Of a DNA stretch of 63,839 nt, positions 37,061-45,860 are shown piece after piece (positions within the stretch are counted from its first letter, which is position 1; the number at the start of each line of letters is the position of its first letter). A program made the position numbers and the translations under genes. Origin of the DNA: Bacillota bacterium (GTDB lineage: Bacteria; Bacillota; Clostridia; Christensenellales; CAG-138); assembly GCA_023399275.1 (NCBI GenBank), contig JAEWQH010000052.1:1-63839 (forward strand). Reading direction: 5' to 3'. The notes beneath the pieces are model-generated. The model did not search any database, was not told the origin of the DNA, and saw only the letters and a list, made by a program, of their open reading frames with translations.

Positions 37061-37483
37061 CTATTTCAGATAGAGACCGACAAGCGCGAAGTCCTTGTCA
37101 AACGAAATGGTGTACAGAAGGTTTGCGTTTTCGTGCTTCACCAGCACCTGTACCACGGCGTATTCCTCGCCGGTCGACTCGTCGGCCGTAGAGGAGAACG
37201 TGGTCTTTGTAACGCTCTTGAACGCGCCCGCATTCTCATAGATAGGCCCCCAGCTTTCCCGAAGCTGGTCGGCGGTGATGCTGCCCTTGAGATCCTCGCG
37301 GAGGGACATCACGACGGCGTCGTAGTCGCCCGCAGTCGCAAAGCCGACGATCTCTTCCGCGGCGGTGCCGACCTCTTCCTGGTCGAACCCCTCCGGAAGT
37401 CCCTGCTTGCCGCAGCCGATCACGCTCAGGCTCAGCACAAGAATCAGGCAGATCGCAACAATCGCTTTCACTTGATTTCTCAT
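37061..37483 (-). CDS. DUF3887-like lipoprotein
   Basis: Signal plus lipobox LSLSVIGC, with an overall resemblance to DUF3887 proteins. Confidence 0.6.
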   Translation of the reverse strand: MRNQVKAIVAICLILVLSLSVIGCGKQGLPEGFDQEEVGTAAEEIVGFATAGDYDAVVMSLREDLKGSITADQLRESWGPIYENAGAFKSVTKTTFSSTADESTGEEYAVVQVLVKHENANLLYTISFDKDFALVGLYLK

Positions 37484-37716
37484 TTCGTATCAACCTCCGT
37501 TTCTTCCGCAATAGTATACCACACTCGCGCGCGTTTGACCCGGTTTCGTGCGAAAATTCGCCCACTGTTCACGCTCGGGATACAGTTTAGCCTCCACTCT
37601 CCATCCGGCAGGCGCCGCTTTGGCGCAGAGCGGCCGCCGGCGCGTTGTACTTGCAGTATAGACGACAACTATGATATTCTTGTTGTCAAAGTCAGAAGAA
37701 ATGGGTAGGAATTGAC

Positions 37717-38553
37717 ATGCGCAAGGACGGAAAACGGGTTCGCAACGCAAACCCGATCTATACGGTCATGCCGTATATCCTAAAATACCGCTACGACGCG
37801 ATGAACATGATCGAGGTCGATATTCCGATCTCCCCCATGCAGGCGTATCTCAACGAAAAACGCAAGCAGGGGTATCGCTTTTCGCACCTTGGCCTCGTGC
37901 TCGCGGCCTATGTGCGCACAGCGGCGGAATACCCGCTGCTCAACCGCTTCATCGCCAACAAGCGCATCTATCAGCGCAATGAGTTCTCCATCGCCATGGT
38001 GGTGCTCAAGCCCGGCGATCTGGACGGCACCATGAGCAAGATGTATTTTCAGATGGAGGACGATATCTTCGCCGTCCATGAAACCATGGAGCGCTACGTC
38101 AGCGAAAACCGCGGGGAGGGCGATACAAACGCCACGGACGATATCGTGCGCACGCTGCTCAAGATCCCCGGCCTTGTCAACGTGGGCGTAGGGATCTTTA
38201 AGCTGCTGGATCGCTTTGGGTTGCTGCCGCAGAGCATCATCCGGGCCAGCCCGTTTCACACGAGCCTGACGATCTCAAACCTCGCCAGCATCCGCACAAA
38301 CCACATCTTCCACCACGTTTACGAATTTGGCACCACGAGCATTCTCATCACGTTGGGCAACATGCGCGAGGTGCCCGTGCGCAAAGGCGAGGAGATCGTC
38401 TTCGAGCGCTCCCTCCCCATGGGCGTGGTTATGGACGAGCGCATCTGCTCCGGCAGCTATTTTGCCGCGGTGTTCCGCCGCTTTAAGCAATATCTGACCA
38501 ATCCGGAGCTGCTGGAGGGCCCGCCTAAGGTCGTCAATACGACGTTCGATTGA
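37717..38553 (+). CDS. stand-alone 2-oxoacid dehydrogenase E2 / CAT-like acyltransferase catalytic-domain homologue (catalytic His replaced)
   Basis: SLTISNLAS matches the E2 T-I-S-N-x-G region. VVMDERICSGSYF aligns to the DHRxxDG catalytic motif with H to E and D to S substitutions. There is no lipoyl or E3-binding domain. Confidence 0.65.
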   Translation: MRKDGKRVRNANPIYTVMPYILKYRYDAMNMIEVDIPISPMQAYLNEKRKQGYRFSHLGLVLAAYVRTAAEYPLLNRFIANKRIYQRNEFSIAMVVLKPGDLDGTMSKMYFQMEDDIFAVHETMERYVSENRGEGDTNATDDIVRTLLKIPGLVNVGVGIFKLLDRFGLLPQSIIRASPFHTSLTISNLASIRTNHIFHHVYEFGTTSILITLGNMREVPVRKGEEIVFERSLPMGVVMDERICSGSYFAAVFRRFKQYLTNPELLEGPPKVVNTTFD

Positions 38554-38572
38554 CGTACACGCGGCTTTTTGC

Positions 38573-38601
38573 GGCGTGGAGGCGGTCTCCACGCCGTTTT
38601 T
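38573..38601 (+). terminator. intrinsic terminator
   Basis: GGCGTGGAG-gcggt-CTCCACGCC followed by TTTTTT. Confidence 0.65.
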
Positions 38602-38664
38602 TCATCCGCATTGTGCGCCGGGGCGCGCCGTGTTACAATCGACGGGATAAGGAGTGTATGTTTT

Positions 38665-39540
38665 ATGTCTTTTTCCGACGCTTTTTTGAGCACACATCTG
38701 ATATTCGACGGCGGCATGGGCACCATGCTGCTCTCCGCCGGCCTGCCCGCAGGCGCTTCGCCGGACGTTTGGAACATCACCAACCCCGACGCGGTGCGCG
38801 CGGTGCACGCGGCGTACCTCGCATCCGGAGCGGACGTGATCACCACCAATACCTTCGGCAGCACGGCGCCGCGGCAAAAGCGTGGGACCTATGCGCCCGC
38901 GAAACTGGCCACTGCGGGCGTGCGTCTCGTTCGGGAGGCCATCGCGGCTTCGGGCAGGCCCGCCTATGCGGCGCTGGACATCGGCCCGCTCGGCGAGTTT
39001 CTCGAACCGCTGGGTGACCTGACGGAGGAAGCGGCGCTCGATTTTTTCCGTGCGCCCATCGAAGCGGGCGCAGCCGCCGGCGCGGACTGTATCCTCATCG
39101 AGACGATGAGCGCGCTGGACGAGGCGCTCGCCTGCGTCAAGGCCGCCAAGGCGTTTGGCGGCGGTCTTCCCGTGATCTGCACGTTGACCTACAGCCCTGC
39201 CGGCCGGCTCATGACCGGTGAGCCAATTGAAACGGTCGTTGCCGCGCTGGAGGAGGCGGGCGTGGATGCGCTCGGTTGCAACTGCGGCGTCGGGCCGGAG
39301 CAGCTGGTCGCGCTGCTGCCGCGCTTTTCCGCCTGCGCGGCAAAGCCGCTCGTGATGCAGCCAAACGCCGGCCTGCCGGAATATCGCGACGGGCAGACGG
39401 TCTATCTCGTCGGCCCGGAGGCGTTTGCGCAGCAGATGCGGTCGCTTTCGGACGGCGGCGTTTGGGGGCTCGGCGGCTGCTGCGGCACCACGCCGGAGCA
39501 TATTGCCCAAGTCGCCCGGATCGTCGGCCAGGAAAAATGA
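38665..39540 (+). CDS. homocysteine S-methyltransferase family protein (stand-alone MetH N-domain-like)
   Basis: Motifs DGGMGT, NTF and GGCCGTTPEHI (zinc-binding Cys pair). Start trimmed to ATG 38665, 10 nt after AAGGAG. Confidence 0.8.
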   Translation: MSFSDAFLSTHLIFDGGMGTMLLSAGLPAGASPDVWNITNPDAVRAVHAAYLASGADVITTNTFGSTAPRQKRGTYAPAKLATAGVRLVREAIAASGRPAYAALDIGPLGEFLEPLGDLTEEAALDFFRAPIEAGAAAGADCILIETMSALDEALACVKAAKAFGGGLPVICTLTYSPAGRLMTGEPIETVVAALEEAGVDALGCNCGVGPEQLVALLPRFSACAAKPLVMQPNAGLPEYRDGQTVYLVGPEAFAQQMRSLSDGGVWGLGGCCGTTPEHIAQVARIVGQEK

Positions 39541-39579
39541 CCGTCGTCCGCCGAGCAGGCACAACCAGGGAGAATCGCC

Positions 39580-40509
39580 ATGCAGAACACCGTTTCCATC
39601 CTCAAAACCGTGCTTCCGTTGATCCTTTCGCTCGGCATCGGCTATCTTTCGCGCAAGCGCGCTATCCTCACGCCGGAGGGGATTGCGGGCATGAAAGCAT
39701 TCGTGATGAAGTTTGCACTGCCCGCGATGCTCTTTAGCCTCTTCTTCACGGCGGAATACAGCCCGAGCATTCTCCTGTACGCAGCGACGATGTTTACGCT
39801 GGGGTTTGTCGGGCTCGGCCTCGGTTTTCTCCTTGGCAGGCCGCTGGAAAGACGGAGCCCGATGCTCCGCTATATGACCTCCGGCTGGGAGGTCGGCATG
39901 CTTGGCTACGCGCTCTACGCGCTGCTCTGCGGCGCGGAAAACCTGCGCTATCTGGCGTTGATCGACTTCGGCCATGTGCTCTTCGTCTTCACGGGGTTCA
40001 CCGCCGCGCTCAATGCGCGCGCCGGCTGCTCGCCCAAGGAATCCTTGCGGGCGCTCGTGACCAATCCAATCCCCTGGGCGATGCTCTCGGGTGCGCTTCT
40101 CGCCATCCTCGGCGTGTCGCGTGCGCTCACGCCCTCCGGCGTGACGGAGTTGATTCAGTCGCTCTGTGATTTTATCGCGGCGCCGCTCTCCTGCGTCATA
40201 CTGATCGTCGTCGGCTACGACATCGAGTTTTCCGGCAAAAACTTTGCCACCGCGGCTCTATCGGTCGGCATGCGCGCGCTGGTGTGCTCCGCTCTCTGCG
40301 CAGCCGCGCTGCTGGTGATCGGCTCATTTGCCCCGCTCCCGGATGAGCTGCGCTGGGCGATCATCATCCTCTTCATCACCCCGGCGCCATACATCCTGAG
40401 CATGTATACGCAGACCGAGCGGGAGCGCGCGGATGTGTCCATGTCGCTCTCTCTTCAGACGCTGGTCTCCGTGCTCGCGTTTATCGTCATAGTCGTCATC
40501 CGGTCATAA
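39580..40509 (+). CDS. AEC (auxin efflux carrier) family membrane transporter
   Basis: 309 aa with about 10 TM helices. N- and C-terminal halves are typical of AEC transporters. Confidence 0.7.
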   Translation: MQNTVSILKTVLPLILSLGIGYLSRKRAILTPEGIAGMKAFVMKFALPAMLFSLFFTAEYSPSILLYAATMFTLGFVGLGLGFLLGRPLERRSPMLRYMTSGWEVGMLGYALYALLCGAENLRYLALIDFGHVLFVFTGFTAALNARAGCSPKESLRALVTNPIPWAMLSGALLAILGVSRALTPSGVTELIQSLCDFIAAPLSCVILIVVGYDIEFSGKNFATAALSVGMRALVCSALCAAALLVIGSFAPLPDELRWAIIILFITPAPYILSMYTQTERERADVSMSLSLQTLVSVLAFIVIVVIRS

Positions 40510-40528
40510 TTTTGCGCGAAGCAAGTCC

Positions 40529-40567
40529 GAAACGCCGCTCCCGAAGCAATCTTCGAAGCGGCGTTTC
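40529..40567. terminator. hairpin between convergent genes
   Basis: 11-bp stem GAAACGCCGCT / AGCGGCGTTTC. The U-tract is weak. Confidence 0.4.
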
Positions 40568-40590
40568 TCCTTCGTATGCGATTGTGCACG

Positions 40591-41856
40591 TCAGCCGATC
40601 TTTATGCCGCCGACGGGCCGGATGGCGAAGCGATAGCAGCAGCCCGGGCCAAACACACGCTCCATCCCTGCCTGATAATCCGCCGTCATATCCAGCGGTA
40701 CAAGCGCCTGAATCGTGCCCGCAAAGCCGCCGCCATGGACGCGCCAGGCCCCCCGCTCGCCCAGAGTGCGCTCTGAAAGCGCCAACGCGAGCGCAAGCCC
40801 GCGCTCAGCAGGATCGCTTGGACAGACATTTTGCAGCAGCATGAAGCTCGAGCGTCCGCTCTCATTCATCAGGCGGCGAAACGTCTTGATATCTCCCCGT
40901 TTGAGCGCAGCAGCCTGCAGCGGCACGCGCGCATCGTCTCCAAAGAAGTGCATTGCGCGCAGCACGGCGCGGTCGGATACGCTTGCGCGCAGCCGGCCGA
41001 TCGAAGCGTAAAAATCGGCCTCGTCCACCTCGCGCAACGCGCTCTTTCCAAAAAAGCGGGCCACGTCACCCATCTCCCGCGTTACCGCGGCATACTCTTG
41101 GGTCAGGTCCGCATGGTTGCCGCCGCAGTTAACGATGCAGATCGCATAGCCGAGCGCAGAAAAATCGCAGTCGATCCGCTCGATTTGCGGCTCCATAGGG
41201 TTTTCAAAATCGATGGCGATGCAGCCGCCGACCGCGCAGGCCAGCTGATCCATCAGCCCGCTGGGCTTCCCGAAATGCCTGTTTTCGGCATATTTGCTCG
41301 CCAGCGCCTGCTCGACAGGGGGGATCTGCCCCCCGTTATAGAGCGCGGAGAAGATGGTGCTGACCAATATGCTAAACGCCGCGCTGGAGGAAAGGCCTGA
41401 GCCCTTCGGCACGTCGGATGCGGTTACCGCATCGAACCCGCCGACCTTTCGCCCGGTCTGCGTGAAACGCTCCGCAATGCCGCGCACCAGCGCCTCGCTC
41501 GCGTTTTCTTCCGCTGCATCCGGCGAGAGCCGGTCAAGGGAGACGCACAGCGGCGTATACCCCCGCGAATGGATGCGCACGACGTTGTCGCTCCTTGGCG
41601 CGACGACGGCGCGGGTATCCATCGTCACCGCCGCCGCGAGCACGCGCCCGAGCTGGTGGTCGGTATGGTTGCCGCCAAGCTCGCTGCGCCCCGGCGCAGA
41701 GAAGAACACCGCGTCCTCGCTCTTGCCCAGCGCACTCTCAAACGCATCCGCCAAGGCAGCATACTTCGCCTTCTGCGTCTCCAGTGCGTCGCCGTAAAGA
41801 ACGCGGAGCTGCCCGTCCAGCCCGCCGCTGATGAGTTCGGATCGAATCGGCAGCAT
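40591..41856 (-). CDS. galK: galactokinase
   Basis: GHMP/galactokinase motifs GRSELGGNHTDH and PKGSGLSSSAAF. Start is ATG 41856 or 41862, behind AGGGAGG. Confidence 0.9.
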   Translation of the reverse strand: MLPIRSELISGGLDGQLRVLYGDALETQKAKYAALADAFESALGKSEDAVFFSAPGRSELGGNHTDHQLGRVLAAAVTMDTRAVVAPRSDNVVRIHSRGYTPLCVSLDRLSPDAAEENASEALVRGIAERFTQTGRKVGGFDAVTASDVPKGSGLSSSAAFSILVSTIFSALYNGGQIPPVEQALASKYAENRHFGKPSGLMDQLACAVGGCIAIDFENPMEPQIERIDCDFSALGYAICIVNCGGNHADLTQEYAAVTREMGDVARFFGKSALREVDEADFYASIGRLRASVSDRAVLRAMHFFGDDARVPLQAAALKRGDIKTFRRLMNESGRSSFMLLQNVCPSDPAERGLALALALSERTLGERGAWRVHGGGFAGTIQALVPLDMTADYQAGMERVFGPGCCYRFAIRPVGGIKIG

Positions 41857-41909
41857 TTTCATTCGCCTCCCTAGCACAGATCGGTCGCGTAAGACGCGCC
41901 TCTGCCTAT

Positions 41910-41938
41910 ATTCTACCCGTCTGCGGCTTTATGCGCAA
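41910..41938 (-). promoter_or_regulatory. candidate galK promoter
   Basis: Minus strand TTGCGC-17 nt-TAGAAT. Confidence 0.35.
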
Positions 41939-42152
41939 TAACGATCCCGCCGCCGGGATCACTTCGCTGACTGCCACTCCAATCTGCGCGGTGGCACAGG
42001 GAGCACAGCATCGACCGCCTTCGAACAGCATAATCCAAGGGGTTCGTATTCACATTTCTTGTGCTGCAACGCATAAAGGGCCGCTCGCTCCCGCGCCCGG
42101 CTCCATTTTTCGCCCCAAATCCACGGCGCTGCATCAACGATTGGCGGCAAGC

Positions 42153-42187
42153 AAAAAGCCGCGGAATTGACGCCGCGGCCTGTTTTT
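42153..42187 (-). terminator. intrinsic (bidirectional-looking) terminator after the DUF1858 gene
   Basis: AAAAA-GCCGCGG-aattgacg-CCGCGGC-cTGTTTTT. Confidence 0.65.
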
Positions 42188-42209
42188 GCACGTTGCCCGA
42201 GTACCCGCG

Positions 42210-42410
42210 TTACTTCCCCGCGAGATATGCGTTGATGTCGCTGATGAGCGCGTCGGAATTGATTCCGTGCACCGCGCAAGCCTGCTCAATCGTCTCGCCG
42301 TGCGCCATAGCGCAGCCGAGGCAGTGCATGCCTGCGTTCATGAGAATGTCGGCGGTGCCTTCGTCCAGCTCGATAACCTGCTGGATGAGCATGTCCTTCG
42401 TTGCCTGCAT
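42210..42410 (-). CDS. DUF1858 / hybrid-cluster-protein-associated redox disulfide domain protein
   Basis: GMHCLGCAMAHGETIEQA motif. Start trimmed to ATG 42410, 8 nt after GGAGG. Confidence 0.7.
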   Translation of the reverse strand: MQATKDMLIQQVIELDEGTADILMNAGMHCLGCAMAHGETIEQACAVHGINSDALISDINAYLAGK

Positions 42411-42522
42411 CGTATCGTCCTCCAAAGATGATTCTATCGCTGTTTTAATCACTAGCTATTTACTAGTATATCATCATTTTCCGAAAAGGAAAGTGTTTTT
42501 TTGCCGGCTTTACCGCGAGGCG

Positions 42523-42978
42523 TCAGCTCCGCGTTTCAAATACGTTTCCGCAGTTTGTGCAGGTCACGCGGATCCTCCCCTTGCCGCGCGGGACGCGAAG
42601 CCTCTGTGCGCACTGGGGACAGATGAGGTATTTATACTGCTTCAGCTCGCTCCAGGTCGGGTTCTTGCGTGCGCGCTTCGCGCGCGTGGCGGTGTTCTTC
42701 GCCCCCGCGCCCTTTGTGCGGAACGTCCGGCGAAACCAGTTCTTCACAGCGGTCTCATAGGTGAGGTACTTCAGGTTCTCCTGATAGCGCTTGGCGGTGT
42801 TTCTGCTCGTCATGCGCAGCACCATCAGCACCAGCAGCACGGCGCCAATGCCTGTAAAGACGATCCGCGGCCAGCCGCCGTATTGGGAAAACATCATACC
42901 GGTCAGCGAAAACACCAGCGCGAGAATCAACATCGCGCGATTGAGCTCATCCAGGCTTCTCTTCATTTGTTGAAACAT
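42523..42978 (-). CDS. membrane protein with C-terminal zinc ribbon
   Basis: Two TM helices, a basic linker, then CPQC-x15-CTNC. Start trimmed to ATG 42978 behind GAGGGA. Confidence 0.5.
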   Translation of the reverse strand: MFQQMKRSLDELNRAMLILALVFSLTGMMFSQYGGWPRIVFTGIGAVLLVLMVLRMTSRNTAKRYQENLKYLTYETAVKNWFRRTFRTKGAGAKNTATRAKRARKNPTWSELKQYKYLICPQCAQRLRVPRGKGRIRVTCTNCGNVFETRS

Positions 42979-43033
42979 CGGTATCCCTCGCTTTATTTTG
43001 GTGCGCGCCGGCAGATCGCCGTGGTAGCCGCGC

Positions 43034-44980
43034 CTATTTGGTCCAGTACAGCCGGGCGCTGATCGGCGGAAGTACGGCACGCACCGCGCCGTCTTTCGGT
43101 GTGATCGTCTCCTGCGTCAGCACGTCGGTCATCATCCGGTCCAGCGGAACCGGCGTCTCCCCGTCCGCCCCCTGCGGGATGTCGTCCGGGTGGAGCGTCA
43201 CCGTTTGCGCTCCCTCGGCGCGGTTGATCAGCAGCAGTGCTGTTTCGCCGCTCTCCGGCAGCCAGCGCAGCACGGCATAGACCTCCGGCGAGAGCGCCCC
43301 CATGCGGCAGAGGCCGCGTTTCAGCGCACCGCTCTCCTTGCGCGCGCGAAGCAGCGCGCTGTAGCCCGCGAAGACCTCCGCATTTTCCGATCCCCAGGGA
43401 TAGGTGCCGCGGTTAAATGGGTCTCCCATCCCCGTCATGCCCGCTTCGTCTCCGTAGTAGACGCAGGGCACGCCCGGCAGCGCCACCTGCAGCGCCGCGG
43501 CAAGGATGAGGCGCAGATAGCCCCTTTGCTGATCCTGCTCGCTCGGATGATACACCGCCTGAAGCTTGCGCGAGAGGGCGTTGCGATCCGGCGCGCCGCT
43601 GAGCGACGTCGCCGCACGCAGGATGTCATGGGAGCTGATCAGGTTGAGGCATGCCTCAAAAAAAAGCCTCGGGTAGTGCTCGCGCAGCGTCTGCAGCGTG
43701 TGGTCGAGCGCATATGCGTCCGTCCGCATGGTCAGAAACGAAATCGCAGCCTCCGTAAACGGGTAGTTCATCGCGCAGTCGAGCTCGTCGCCGTTGACAT
43801 AGCCGCGCCTGCCCTCCGGGCCGTATTTGTTGGAGCAGTCGTCCCAAACTTCGCCAAGCAGAATCCCCTCGGGATCAAGCTGCTTGAGCCTGCGGCGCAA
43901 GGTGCGGATGAATTCATCCGGCAGCTCGTCCGCCACGTCCAGCCGCCAGCTTCGCGCGCCCGCTTCCGCCCAGTGCGCAAGCACACCGTGCTCTCCCGCG
44001 ATGAAATCCATGTACCCCGGCTCCAGCTCATTGACGTTTGGCAGGCTGGGGAACCCCCACCAGCTGTCGTAGTGCACGCGGTCGTCCGAAAAGCGGTACC
44101 AGCTTCTGTAGGGCGATGCATCCGATTCATATGCGCCGACATCGTCATAGCGCGAAAACTTGTCGAAATAGCGGCTGTCCGCTCCGGTGTGCGAAAATAC
44201 GCCGTCGAGCATCACGCGGATGCCCTTCTGCTCCGCCTCGGCGCAGAGGGTGCGAAACTCGTCCTCGCTGCCGAAGATCGGGTCGATGCGGTGATAGTCC
44301 GCCGTGTCATAGCGGTGATTGCTGCCGGACTCGAAGACAGGGTTGAAGTAGAGCGCGCTCACGCCCAGCGACGCGAGATAGTCCAGCTTTTCGCGGATGC
44401 CGTTGATATCCCCGCCGAAGAAGTCGTTTGGCTCGTAATCCTCCTGTCCCGGTGCGGGCGTATAGCAGACTTCTTCGCTCCAGCGGTCGTGGATGCGCAA
44501 AAAGCGCCCAAGGCTCGCGTGGTACTTCGCGCGCTCGCGAAAGTCCTCCCAGCTGCTCCTGCGAAACCGGTCGGGAAAGATCTGATAGACGATCCCCTCG
44601 CGCCAGCGGGCCGGCGTCGTAAACGCGCCGTCATAAACGGTGATCTGATAGGAGCGCGGCGCGTGGGACTCCAACCGCCCCTCTCCGCTATCCGCGCCAT
44701 AGAACTGGGTGCGCCCGTCGGGCGTGCGGATGATGAAATAGTACCAGACGAGGCAGGGCACCTCAGGCATGCTGATCTCGGCGATGGCGCGCCCGTTCTC
44801 CAGCCGCATATCAAAAAAAGACTCTACGCCGAGCTGGTTGTAAAGGCGCAGCTGCACCTGCGCGCCTGCGTCGCCGCCAACCTCGGCCTCGACTCGCACG
44901 CTCGCGCCGCAAGGCACCGCGCCCTGCGGCCGGCGAAACGTGAGAAATCTGGAGTGGTGTCGAAACGTAATCATATGCAT
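43034..44980 (-). CDS. GH13 alpha-glycosidase (neopullulanase/cyclomaltodextrinase-like)
   Basis: All four alpha-amylase regions are present: DGVFSHTG, SWRLDVADE, LLGEVWDD, LISSHD. Start trimmed to MHMITFRH. Confidence 0.85.
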   Translation of the reverse strand: MHMITFRHHSRFLTFRRPQGAVPCGASVRVEAEVGGDAGAQVQLRLYNQLGVESFFDMRLENGRAIAEISMPEVPCLVWYYFIIRTPDGRTQFYGADSGEGRLESHAPRSYQITVYDGAFTTPARWREGIVYQIFPDRFRRSSWEDFRERAKYHASLGRFLRIHDRWSEEVCYTPAPGQEDYEPNDFFGGDINGIREKLDYLASLGVSALYFNPVFESGSNHRYDTADYHRIDPIFGSEDEFRTLCAEAEQKGIRVMLDGVFSHTGADSRYFDKFSRYDDVGAYESDASPYRSWYRFSDDRVHYDSWWGFPSLPNVNELEPGYMDFIAGEHGVLAHWAEAGARSWRLDVADELPDEFIRTLRRRLKQLDPEGILLGEVWDDCSNKYGPEGRRGYVNGDELDCAMNYPFTEAAISFLTMRTDAYALDHTLQTLREHYPRLFFEACLNLISSHDILRAATSLSGAPDRNALSRKLQAVYHPSEQDQQRGYLRLILAAALQVALPGVPCVYYGDEAGMTGMGDPFNRGTYPWGSENAEVFAGYSALLRARKESGALKRGLCRMGALSPEVYAVLRWLPESGETALLLINRAEGAQTVTLHPDDIPQGADGETPVPLDRMMTDVLTQETITPKDGAVRAVLPPISARLYWTK

Positions 44981-45168
44981 AGTATAGCCGATTCCCCCGG
45001 CTCGGGCAGAGGATTGTACGGAATGTTGCGAGCTTTTCACAATTGTATCGCGTTCGAAAAACGGGCGTTTCTTTTCCCCGAAACGGCTCTCCGCTTTGGG
45101 AGTTCCGGCAGCAAAAAACCGCTTGCGCATCGGGCCCCGTCGCCCGCCGCTTTGCGGTTCTTATCCCG

Positions 45169-45828
45169 TTAACGCCGCTCGACGATATCGTCCTGCGACT
45201 TGAAGATGCGTCCGGCTCCGACCACGCCGCGCACACGCGAGAGCGGGTAAACCGATGCGCGCGGCCCGATGATCGTGCCGGGGTTTAGTACGCTGTTGCA
45301 GCCGACCTCCACGTGGTCGCCAAGGATCGCGCCGAACTTCTTCAGCCCCGTTTCGTGAACCACGCCTCCGAGGCGCACGACGACGAGCGACTTGTCGCTC
45401 TTGACATTGGAACAGATCGCGCCCGCCCCCATGTGCGCGTAGTGGCCCAGTATGCTGTCGCCTACATAGTTGTAATGCGGCACCTGCACCTTGTCGAAGA
45501 GGATGCAGTTTTTCAGCTCGGTCGAGTTGCCGACCACGCAGCCGCGGCCGACGAGCGCGCTGCCGCGGATAAACGCGCCGGGGCGCACCTCCGTCCCTTC
45601 GCCGATGATCGACGGCCCTGCAATGTAGGTATTGGGATACAGCACCGCGCTCTTGTGGATCCAGACCTCCTCGCTCGGGTGGTCGTATTCTTCCGGCGAA
45701 AGCTGCGGCCCGAGCGCGCGCACAAACGCCTTGATCTGCGGCAGCACCTCCCAAGGATACGTCGTCCCGGCAAAGAGCCGCTCCGCCAGCGTGGCGGTAA
45801 GGTCTGCAAACATGTCCGTGTTCTTCAT
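45169..45828 (-). CDS. left-handed beta-helix (hexapeptide-repeat) protein, GlmU C-terminal-like
   Basis: Hexapeptide repeats throughout (IGEGTEVRPGAFIRGSALVGRGCVVGNS...). No nucleotidyltransferase domain. Confidence 0.65.
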   Translation of the reverse strand: MKNTDMFADLTATLAERLFAGTTYPWEVLPQIKAFVRALGPQLSPEEYDHPSEEVWIHKSAVLYPNTYIAGPSIIGEGTEVRPGAFIRGSALVGRGCVVGNSTELKNCILFDKVQVPHYNYVGDSILGHYAHMGAGAICSNVKSDKSLVVVRLGGVVHETGLKKFGAILGDHVEVGCNSVLNPGTIIGPRASVYPLSRVRGVVGAGRIFKSQDDIVERR

Positions 45829-45860
45829 TCGTTTCCGATTCCTTTATCGCGGTATCCGCG

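Noticed and set aside
41913-42191. ORFs of 79-106 aa in the 330-bp galK upstream region, and possible cre or GalR operators there.
   Set aside because: The ORF products are Arg-rich and lack an SD. The best cre-like strings (for example TGAATACGAACC) have several mismatches to TGWAANCGNTNWCA. Only a candidate promoter and a terminator could be supported.
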